Virus genome (UHGV): UHGV-0109393 | Reading direction: 5' to 3' (one strand) | DNA length: 63,844 bases | Origin: a virus | Part shown: positions 56,799 to 63,844 of the stretch, piece by piece | Layout: every line of letters starts with the position of its first letter | Numbering within the stretch: the stretch's first letter is position 1 | The notes under the pieces: generated by a model | What the model saw: the letters and a program-made list of their open reading frames with translations, nothing else | The model's database searches: none | What the model was told of the DNA's origin: nothing | Translations under genes and position numbers: made by a program

Positions 56799-57158
56799 TC
56801 ATACACCAACCAGGCTTTCAAGAGGAATGCCAAACTGGGAATGTAAACGACGAATCATAGGTAACGTTAAATTTCGTGTCCCATTTAGCACTTCGTAAAC
56901 ACGATTTGACTTACCAATCGCCGGTTCCAGATCCTTCACGGTCAGCCCTTGCTGTTCCATACGGAATTTAATGGCTTCAATAGGTGATGGTGGCTCAATT
57001 GGGTAATGCTTTTTCTCGTACTCTTCAATGAGCAGGCACATTACTTCAAAGAAATCGCCTTCCGGTGTGTTCATTTCCGGTTCGTTATCGAACATCGGTT
57101 CGACCGCACGCAGTGCGGCCTCATAATCTTGTTCTGTACGGATAGGTTTAATGTTCAT
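56799..57158 (-). CDS. higA: HigA-like antitoxin (HTH-XRE)
   Basis: 119 aa; C-terminal HTH LTVKDLEPAIGKSNRVYEVLNGTRNLTLPMIRRLHSQFGIPLESL; directly downstream of the toxin. Confidence 0.7.
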   Translation of the reverse strand: MNIKPIRTEQDYEAALRAVEPMFDNEPEMNTPEGDFFEVMCLLIEEYEKKHYPIEPPSPIEAIKFRMEQQGLTVKDLEPAIGKSNRVYEVLNGTRNLTLPMIRRLHSQFGIPLESLVGV

Positions 57159-57161
57159 GAT

Positions 57162-57464
57162 TTACTCCAGTTCTATTGTATCCGCTTCAATGGCATCGTA
57201 TTCCTTATGTGTTCCAATAAACTTAACGAACATCCATCCTCGCTGATAAGCAATTGCGACAATTAACCTGTAATCATTTCCCTTAATATTGAACACCACG
57301 CGCCTGTTTTTAAGGATGCTGGCTGTCCGGTACTGTTCTTTGATCTCAGCCGGATTTTTCCAGTCAGCCTTTGTTGCTTCATCAACCCATGCCTTTAATG
57401 GCTGTTCTGCATCGGGATTCTTCGCCCAGAAATCCCTTAGTGTTTTTACCGAAATTATTTTCAT
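57162..57464 (-). CDS. higB: HigB-like toxin (RelE/ParE superfamily)
   Basis: Start at MKIISVKTL; FNIKGNDYRLIVAI...FIGTHKEYD is typical of HigB; toxin-first gene order. Confidence 0.7.
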   Translation of the reverse strand: MKIISVKTLRDFWAKNPDAEQPLKAWVDEATKADWKNPAEIKEQYRTASILKNRRVVFNIKGNDYRLIVAIAYQRGWMFVKFIGTHKEYDAIEADTIELE

Positions 57465-57494
57465 CACAGATTCCTTCTCGCTGAAAGTATAGTA

Positions 57495-57540
57495 GTCCCA
57501 ATATGGGACAATGTAAAGCACTTTAGTCCCATGCTGGGAT
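57495..57540. promoter_or_regulatory. Palindromic operator pair in the higBA promoter
   Basis: GTCCCAatatGGGAC and GTCCCAtgcTGGGAT just upstream of higB. Confidence 0.5.
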
Positions 57541-57567
57541 ATGAATTGAAATCACAATCTCCAGACA

Positions 57568-58401
57568 ATGCACCCTCGATACCTGATAAATCGACCTTTG
57601 AGGATGCTTATGGGCCGTTTTGACGAATGGTTTGCTGACGATGCAAGCCTGGCAAGTAAGGAGTCAGAACATGACAGCACGCAGAGAGAAACGCCAGCGC
57701 CGATTGAAGCGAATGCAGGAGGTGCGCCGGAACATGGCAATACCGGTTCGGATTCATTCAGCATTCTGGAAGAGCAACCCGCCGCCAAAGCTGATAGCCA
57801 TGATAATTTTGCTGATAGCAACGCTGGCCTTACTCCGGATACTGGCGAATCAGATATAGCCATACTCCCATCTTCCCTGGCTGGCAGAGAACCAACTCCA
57901 CAGCTAAAAGTACGCTATAACGGGCATAAAGCCTTTAACGACCAAATCCGCGCAGACTGGATGCTGATTATTGAATCCAGCCCAGACGCGTTTCAGGCTC
58001 TCTTATATCGACCAGATGTTGGCACATATGGGGTAGTCAGCGACGAAACAGGAGAAGAGTCATTCACTGAACTGGATAACAACCAGCGCGAACTGACTTA
58101 CCAGGAACCTGAAATCGTTTATGTGCTGGATAACCCGGACGGGCGTGACTCTTTCCATGCGATTGACGCAGACGGTGAGCAGGATGGCTTAACCGATGAT
58201 GTTCTGATTCTGCGTATTGCAGCAAATTACGTCCCCGTCGGATCAATTCTTGAATGGAATGAAGAGATGGTAAACGGCGTAGCCCGCCGCTGGTGGTACG
58301 TGCACCGTATTTTTAGCTACGGCACACAGCATGTTGGTTCGCTTTACTACTGCATACCTGCCAGGAATTTTGATACGACTCAAAACGGAGTGATCGAATG
58401 A
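57568..58401 (+). CDS. Hypothetical acidic protein
   Basis: 277-aa ORF. Confidence 0.4.
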   Translation: MHPRYLINRPLRMLMGRFDEWFADDASLASKESEHDSTQRETPAPIEANAGGAPEHGNTGSDSFSILEEQPAAKADSHDNFADSNAGLTPDTGESDIAILPSSLAGREPTPQLKVRYNGHKAFNDQIRADWMLIIESSPDAFQALLYRPDVGTYGVVSDETGEESFTELDNNQRELTYQEPEIVYVLDNPDGRDSFHAIDADGEQDGLTDDVLILRIAANYVPVGSILEWNEEMVNGVARRWWYVHRIFSYGTQHVGSLYYCIPARNFDTTQNGVIE

Positions 58402-59165
58402 CTTCAAATAAAACCCTCCTGGCGCGAACAGGTGAATGGCAAACCTCACGCACAGGGAAATTCCAGACCACGGGCTTTGAAAACGTGGATAACGCGTTTG
58501 CTACGCTAATCAGCAATATCTTTTCTGATATCTTACTGGTGGCCCCCGCGCCGGAAGAAAAACGCTTTGCGTCATTCCTGAATCGTCCACCAGCAGAGCG
58601 TGTCTATGTGGCCCGTTTCGACAATGCGATCGAGTTTCTTAAAGCAGTTCGTCGCGCAAATGCCGGGCAAGGAAGAAAACCGGAAAACCAGAACATTAAT
58701 CGCGATGCCTTGCCGTTGATCAACATCTCCCGGTCTATGGATATCAGCTATATCAATGATGATCAGCAGATAGACCGCAGGCAAACTGCCAGTTTTTGCA
58801 ACCCGGATACTGGAATGCCTTTAGCGACTCTGGAATACACCCAGGCTATCCTGACTTATGACGTTACGTTAATGGCTACTGATAAAGCAACCATGAGTCT
58901 GATGTGTAATTCGCTGGGCGCGCGGCTCCGCCTGATGACCGGAACACAATTTGAGGCAAACACTAACCTGGTGCGTGTTCCTGTTCCTCTGATTTGCTCC
59001 ATTCAGGATGCTAAAGACGTTGGATTTACGGATGTTTCGGCACCAGTGGGAGAAGAGAGGATTTATGCTACTCAGGCACCTGTAAGCGTCATTGCGGATG
59101 TAATCACAGCCTGGGAATTGGACGCGAAACGCGTTGTTACTGAAACCTCGCTGGCTATGGGGTAA
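58398..59165 (+). CDS. Hypothetical protein
   Basis: 255 aa, coupled to the upstream gene. Confidence 0.4.
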   Translation: MTSNKTLLARTGEWQTSRTGKFQTTGFENVDNAFATLISNIFSDILLVAPAPEEKRFASFLNRPPAERVYVARFDNAIEFLKAVRRANAGQGRKPENQNINRDALPLINISRSMDISYINDDQQIDRRQTASFCNPDTGMPLATLEYTQAILTYDVTLMATDKATMSLMCNSLGARLRLMTGTQFEANTNLVRVPVPLICSIQDAKDVGFTDVSAPVGEERIYATQAPVSVIADVITAWELDAKRVVTETSLAMG

Positions 59166-59168
59166 TCA

Positions 59169-60149
59169 ATGTCCCAGGAGTTACAACAATACTTCCTCCA
59201 GTCAGTCACAATTAACGATAACAAAGTGCCACGAGACTGGATTTTTACCGCAGTGTACGTGGAAAAGAGCAGCCTTAAAGCGCCGTTATTGAAGCTGGAA
59301 ATTCATGACATGACAGGCACCATAATTGATGACTGGAAAGCTAAATACGGTGCATCGCTGGTGGCTGAAATGGGCGATCCAAACGGTAATGCAGGCACTT
59401 TTAAAACAACTTTTTTTGTTACGTCAGCAATGCTGGCTGGGGATGTAGTTACCGTTATTGCGGTCAGTGAAGACGTGCATCGGTTTAAGATCCCCTCCCC
59501 TCGCACCAATCTACACACGAACAAAACGCCGGACACCATATTCAAGGCGTATAGCGGCAATCTTAAAATTTCCAGCAGTGTCTTAAAGCGTGCGGTTACA
59601 TATCACCTGAACGCAGGCGAAAAACCGTCAAAAATGCTCTCGCAGATAGCGCGAGACAAAGGTGCATTATGTTGGGTATGCCGGGGGGAATTTAACTTTT
59701 ACACCCTGGCTGATCTGATGAAGCAAACGCCATCATTTACCTACGAGGGGAATAACCCTAAAGCAGAATACACTTTGTCCAAAATGCGCCTACTCCAACA
59801 GGAACATGCGACAACAGCAAAGAATCATTATCGTTTTGTTGGGTATTCCATGACCGATGGCTACGTCGAATATGGCGATAGCTCACTCCCAGTGCGTTAT
59901 ATATCCGACTCTGATATGGAAACTCTTCGCAATATGCAGCTGTCTCTCGTCCCCAAAATGGATATAGAAGTCGCAGGCAATCCGGATATAAAACCGGGGA
60001 TGGTAATAGAGATTATCGTATACCGCTATGACCAGGAAAACCGCATTGATGAATCAATGCCCCGTAAGCTGATAGTAAAAAATGTTGCGCACTTTGAAGA
60101 CCGCGTAGGCTACACAACACGAATGATATTAGGAGTGCCGAACAAATGA
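59169..60149 (+). CDS. Hypothetical protein
   Basis: 326-aa ORF. Confidence 0.4.
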   Translation: MSQELQQYFLQSVTINDNKVPRDWIFTAVYVEKSSLKAPLLKLEIHDMTGTIIDDWKAKYGASLVAEMGDPNGNAGTFKTTFFVTSAMLAGDVVTVIAVSEDVHRFKIPSPRTNLHTNKTPDTIFKAYSGNLKISSSVLKRAVTYHLNAGEKPSKMLSQIARDKGALCWVCRGEFNFYTLADLMKQTPSFTYEGNNPKAEYTLSKMRLLQQEHATTAKNHYRFVGYSMTDGYVEYGDSSLPVRYISDSDMETLRNMQLSLVPKMDIEVAGNPDIKPGMVIEIIVYRYDQENRIDESMPRKLIVKNVAHFEDRVGYTTRMILGVPNK

Positions 60150-60799
60150 AGCGTAGAGCGCAAATTGTTGGAACTGTGCACCCGGCAGGGCTTATGCGTG
60201 CTCAAGTCCGTGTTTTACCTGACTGGAATGGCGTTCCTGATGACGATCTACCCTGGGCGGAATACCTGTTACCCATCGGAAACGCTTTTGTACCCACAGT
60301 CAAAGGTGACCTGGTCTGGGTAGAGTTTCCTTATTTAGATGTTAACGGTCGAATAGACACCAGACGCCCAATGATAGTTGGTGCCGCTCAGGATGCACCG
60401 GGAGGAATTCCAAACGTTGCACCAGAAGCATCTGGCAAAGGCAACGGCTGGACGCCGCCGGAAGTAGATGGAGCACCTCCCCGCCCCCAAATCTCAGCAA
60501 CGAAAGACTTCGTTATTCACCGCAACAATATTCTTGAAGTACGAACTGCTGGTGGCGGCTATGAAATTGCCAATACGGCAGCAGGCTCAAGGATTGGCAT
60601 GAATGAGTCAGGGCAGATATATATCATTGGTCCGGCTGATGTAATCGTGAATGCAGGAGGGAGTGTTAACGTCAAATCAGCCAACAACATCAATGTTAAT
60701 GGGGAAAATATAGCTGTCACCGCTAACGGAGACATAGCTTTCAAGGCAGGAGGAACCTTTCAGGCCACTGCTGGCAACTTCGATTTCAAGAAAGGATAG
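60146..60799 (+). CDS. Hypothetical Gly-rich protein
   Basis: 217-aa ORF. Confidence 0.4.
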   Translation: MKRRAQIVGTVHPAGLMRAQVRVLPDWNGVPDDDLPWAEYLLPIGNAFVPTVKGDLVWVEFPYLDVNGRIDTRRPMIVGAAQDAPGGIPNVAPEASGKGNGWTPPEVDGAPPRPQISATKDFVIHRNNILEVRTAGGGYEIANTAAGSRIGMNESGQIYIIGPADVIVNAGGSVNVKSANNINVNGENIAVTANGDIAFKAGGTFQATAGNFDFKKG

Positions 60800-60810
60800 A
60801 AAATGCACCC

Positions 60811-60850
60811 ATTTGTGTTAGATAATTAACATGTATTTTCTAACACAAAT
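60811..60850. promoter_or_regulatory. Operator-like dyad (two inverted TGTTAGA half-sites)
   Basis: ATTTGTGTTAGA...TCTAACACAAAT, a perfect 12-bp inverted repeat with 16-bp spacer, just upstream of rdgC. Confidence 0.5.
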
Positions 60851-60858
60851 GGTGAGAC

Positions 60859-61764
60859 ATGAGATCAGTCGCTTTCAAAAATATCTTCATCTATCGTCTT
60901 TCACGCGAAGTTAGCTGGGATACTGCAGCGGTAAACGCTGCTCTTGGCAAATTTGTGTTTACCCCATGCGGTTCTCAGGACATGGTTAAAGCTGGTTGGA
61001 CGCCTGTTCTTGGCAACAACCTCACACATGAATACCAGGGTTTTCTTCTGATACAGCATAAACGAGAGGAAAAAATCCTACCTTCTCAAGTGCTCAAAGA
61101 AGAGTTACAGAAAAAAATCCTGACACTTGAAGAAGAGCAAGACAGAAAGCTGAAGAAGACCGAAAAAGATTCGCTGAAGGATGAAGTGCTTCACTCTCTT
61201 CTTCCTCGTGCTTTCACGAGAAAATCACTCGCCAAAATCCTGATCGACCGCAGCAACCATCTGGTATTCGTTGAGGCAAGCAGCGCCAAAAAGGCAGAGG
61301 ACCAGCTGGCTTTATTGCGAAAATCGCTCGGCAGCCTGCCTGTCATTCCATTCACACCACGCGAACCGCTGGAAATTACAATGACCGAGTGGTTTAAAAA
61401 CGGCTTCCCTGCCGGATTTACAGCAGGTGAAGACGCCACATTAAAGGGTCTGCTCGATAATGGTGGTGCCGTTCGCTGCAACAAAGTTGATCTACAGTCC
61501 GACGAGATTATGTCTCACATTGAGGCGGGGAAAGTAGCTACGACCGTTGCAATTAACTGGATGGACCGCGCGTCGTTCAGAGTCAACGATGATATGAGTA
61601 TCAAAGCCCTGACATTCTGTGATGATCTCTATGACCAGAACGACGATATCGACCGGGAGGATGTAGCACAACGATTTGATGCTGATTTCGTGCTCTTTAC
61701 GGGCGAATTATCTGCACTGTTTAACGCGCTGGTGGAGGCCATTGGCGGTGAAGCAGAACGATAA
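60859..61764 (+). CDS. rdgC: Recombination-associated protein RdgC
   Basis: 301 aa; long blocks match E. coli RdgC as recalled (KKTEKDSLKDEVLHSLLPRAF, ASSAKKAEDQLALLRKSLGSLPV, DIDREDVAQRFDADFVLFTGEL). Confidence 0.85.
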   Translation: MRSVAFKNIFIYRLSREVSWDTAAVNAALGKFVFTPCGSQDMVKAGWTPVLGNNLTHEYQGFLLIQHKREEKILPSQVLKEELQKKILTLEEEQDRKLKKTEKDSLKDEVLHSLLPRAFTRKSLAKILIDRSNHLVFVEASSAKKAEDQLALLRKSLGSLPVIPFTPREPLEITMTEWFKNGFPAGFTAGEDATLKGLLDNGGAVRCNKVDLQSDEIMSHIEAGKVATTVAINWMDRASFRVNDDMSIKALTFCDDLYDQNDDIDREDVAQRFDADFVLFTGELSALFNALVEAIGGEAER

Positions 61765-61780
61765 TAACCGACAGCTTGTT

Positions 61781-62428
61781 GTGAGTCTTTGTGATTTTAC
61801 GGGGGCAATGGTTGCCCCCTGGCTGGAATACGGTGTCGATGCCGCTATCGTCGATCCACAGCACTTATCGACCAGTGACGAGCGGATGCAATCAGGTGCC
61901 GTTCTGACGCGTATTAGTGCGATCATCGATAGCGATGAAGTATACGCTTTTCTCCGTAAGAATTTGCAGCGCATCGTGTTTCTGGCCGGGTTCCCACCGT
62001 GTACTGACCTGGCTGTTTCCGGCGCGCGCTGGTTTTCGGACAAGGCTAATAAAGATCCGGTTTTCCAGTTCAAAGCAATGCAGGTTGTCTGGCAGTGTTA
62101 TGACATTGCAAAGATGATCGGTTGTCCGTACATGATTGAAAATCCGGTCAGCAAAATATCGACATTCTGGCGTAAGCCAGATCACATCTTTCACCCTTAC
62201 TTCTTCACTGCATATTGCCAGGAAGATAACTACACCAAAAAAACATGCCTCTGGAGCGGCCAGGGCTTTGTCATGCCTGATGCCCTAATGGACGAATCAT
62301 TAGGCAAGCCAGATAACAGAATCCATGCCGCGCCACCAGGGCCTGACAGGGCTAATTTTCGAAGTGCTACTCCACATGGATTCGCAAAGGCAGTTTTCGA
62401 AGCGAATAAGGGGGTGCTCTATGAGTAA
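61781..62428 (+). CDS. Putative C5-cytosine methyltransferase-like protein (degenerate motifs)
   Basis: Start taken at the GTG after the rdgC stop; DFTGAMV (motif I-like), FPPCTDLAVSG (PC catalytic motif), ENPV (ENV-like). Confidence 0.45.
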   Translation: MSLCDFTGAMVAPWLEYGVDAAIVDPQHLSTSDERMQSGAVLTRISAIIDSDEVYAFLRKNLQRIVFLAGFPPCTDLAVSGARWFSDKANKDPVFQFKAMQVVWQCYDIAKMIGCPYMIENPVSKISTFWRKPDHIFHPYFFTAYCQEDNYTKKTCLWSGQGFVMPDALMDESLGKPDNRIHAAPPGPDRANFRSATPHGFAKAVFEANKGVLYE

Positions 62429-63326
62429 ATCTATAGCAAGCATAGCCATAGAAAAACAGGATACGATGGCTGAAATTAGCTATATGCGCACCATTCGGAC
62501 TCCGGATGAATATGAGCGTCCGATATTCAAATGGGTAGGTGGTAAATTCTCAGAATTGCCTACAGTGCTTGAGCATCTACCACACGGTAAGCGGTTAATA
62601 GAACCATTCGTTGGTGGCGGTTCCGTATTTACGAATGCAGGATTTCGCCACAACCTGCTTAATGATATTAACGGTGACCTGATTAACTTCTATCAGACAT
62701 TGCAGCGAGAAGGACATTCGCTTGTCACGCTGTCATATAGTTTTTTCCAAAATTACAACAACGCTGACGCTTACCTCGAAGTGCGTGAGGCATTTAACAG
62801 AGGAAAGTATGACCAGCTACATCATGCTGCCGCCTTTTTGTACCTTAATCGGCACTGTTTTAATGGCGTAACGCGGTACAACCAAAATGGCGAGTTCAAC
62901 GTGGGGTATGGCAAATACAAAGCGCCCTACTTCCCACATGCAGAGATGGAGGCATTTTTGGCTGATGACGTACTCAAAAACACGTCCTTTGTATCAGGTG
63001 ACTTTGCTGGCGTCATCGAGGCGGCTGGTGAAGGCGATGTGATTTTTTGCGATCCGCCGTATGAACCGCTGCCGGATACAGAAGGGTTTACCAGTTATTC
63101 AGGAAATAGCTTCCGTTTCGACGAACAGAAACGGCTGGTATCTCTATTGGTGGAAGCCCACCAGCGCGGCGCTAAGGTAGTGATAACAAATAGTGGTGCG
63201 CCAAACATCCGTGAACTATATGAAGGAAACGGGTTTAAAGTACATCATATGGCAGCCAGACGGTCGGTGTCCTGCAAGGCGTCAACACGTGTAGTTGCTA
63301 ACGATATAATTGCAATAATGAAGTAA
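62421..63326 (+). CDS. dam: Dam-family N6-adenine DNA methyltransferase
   Basis: KWVGGKF, EPFVGGGSV (SAM-binding), DPPY catalytic motif; ATG at 62421 overlaps the upstream stop. Confidence 0.8.
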   Translation: MSKSIASIAIEKQDTMAEISYMRTIRTPDEYERPIFKWVGGKFSELPTVLEHLPHGKRLIEPFVGGGSVFTNAGFRHNLLNDINGDLINFYQTLQREGHSLVTLSYSFFQNYNNADAYLEVREAFNRGKYDQLHHAAAFLYLNRHCFNGVTRYNQNGEFNVGYGKYKAPYFPHAEMEAFLADDVLKNTSFVSGDFAGVIEAAGEGDVIFCDPPYEPLPDTEGFTSYSGNSFRFDEQKRLVSLLVEAHQRGAKVVITNSGAPNIRELYEGNGFKVHHMAARRSVSCKASTRVVANDIIAIMK

Positions 63327-63357
63327 AAAACGCCGCAGTAGCGGCGTTTACTTTTTT
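63325..63357. terminator. Bidirectional terminator at the phage-host junction
   Basis: aaaaaACGCCGCagtaGCGGCGTttacttttttatg. Confidence 0.65.
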
Positions 63358-63374
63358 ATGTGGCGAAATACCTA

Positions 63375-63844
63375 TTAACCTAACTTCGCCCAGGTATCAC
63401 GCAGCCCAACGGTGCGGTTAAATACCGGTTTTTCCGCCGTAGAATGGCGGCTGTCGAGGCAGAAATAACCTTCACGCTCAAACTGGAATGCTTTACCCGC
63501 TACCGCTTCTTTCAGCGACGGTTCAGCAAAACCCTGTTTGATCACCAGCGATTCCGGGTTAATCACCGACAGGAAATCATCCGCAGCACCTGGGTTAGGC
63601 ACGCTGAACAGACGGTCATACAAACGGATTTCAACCGGCAGCGCATGTGCCGCGCTCACCCAGTGAATAACGCCTTTCACTTTACGACCATCTGCCGGAT
63701 CTTTGCTTAAGGTGTCGGCGTCATAAGTACAGAAGATGGTGGTGATATTGCCTTCGGCATCTTTCTCCACGCGTTCAGCCTTAATGACGTAAGCATTACG
63801 CAGACGCACTTCTTTACCCAGCACCAGACGTTTGTACTGCTTGT
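63375..63844 (-). CDS. glnS: Glutaminyl-tRNA synthetase, 3' end (host gene, truncated by window edge)
   Basis: Translation ...[73 protein letters not shown]... matches the C-terminal anticodon-binding domain of E. coli GlnRS as recalled; ORF runs off the window. Confidence 0.85.
   Translation of the reverse strand, partial: KQYKRLVLGKEVRLRNAYVIKAERVEKDAEGNITTIFCTYDADTLSKDPADGRKVKGVIHWVSAAHALPVEIRLYDRLFSVPNPGAADDFLSVINPESLVIKQGFAEPSLKEAVAGKAFQFEREGYFCLDSRHSTAEKPVFNRTVGLRDTWAKLG

Overview
The window is almost entirely a P1-like temperate phage genome segment, with a short host junction at the right end (3' end of glnS, minus strand, from 63375). All protein calls are from motifs read by eye and from gene order; no database search was run. 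Recognisable modules, left to right: (1) a Cin-type invertible tail-fibre segment (S, U, U', S'v, cin) whose inverted repeat is exact between 1..52 and 4591..4642; (2) a lysis and dar-like operon followed by portal and protease candidates, assigned mostly by size and synteny; (3) two paralogous immunity-I-like modules (c4-type antisense RNA signatures, an icd-like small ORF, a Rha/Ant-type antirepressor) at 14.5-15.9 kb and 50.75-52.2 kb, with different antisense target sequences; (4) a 2279-aa DarB-like methyltransferase-helicase; (5) a ~2.9 kb ORF-poor region (26.8-29.65 kb) carrying four tRNAs (Arg-TCT, Thr-TGT, Ser-TGA, Ile2-CAT), a tRNA-like hairpin, three covarying hairpins with an invariant AGGCA loop, and other long stem-loops; (6) small and large terminase subunits, then a 34-bp lox-like site 150 bp upstream of a divergent Cre-like recombinase; (7) dUTPase, humD, phd-doc, a long leftward operon of small hypotheticals (including a ClpX zinc-binding-domain look-alike and a phosphatase), and a Ref-like HNH nuclease; (8) an AT-rich moron, higBA, RdgC and a coupled methyltransferase pair. 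A dispersed operator-like motif with core TGTTAGAAA marks at least 12 intergenic sites. The strongest candidates for undescribed biology are the structured-RNA region around the tRNAs, the duplicated antisense-RNA antirepressor modules, and the apparent junction of a P1-like element with chromosomal glnS.
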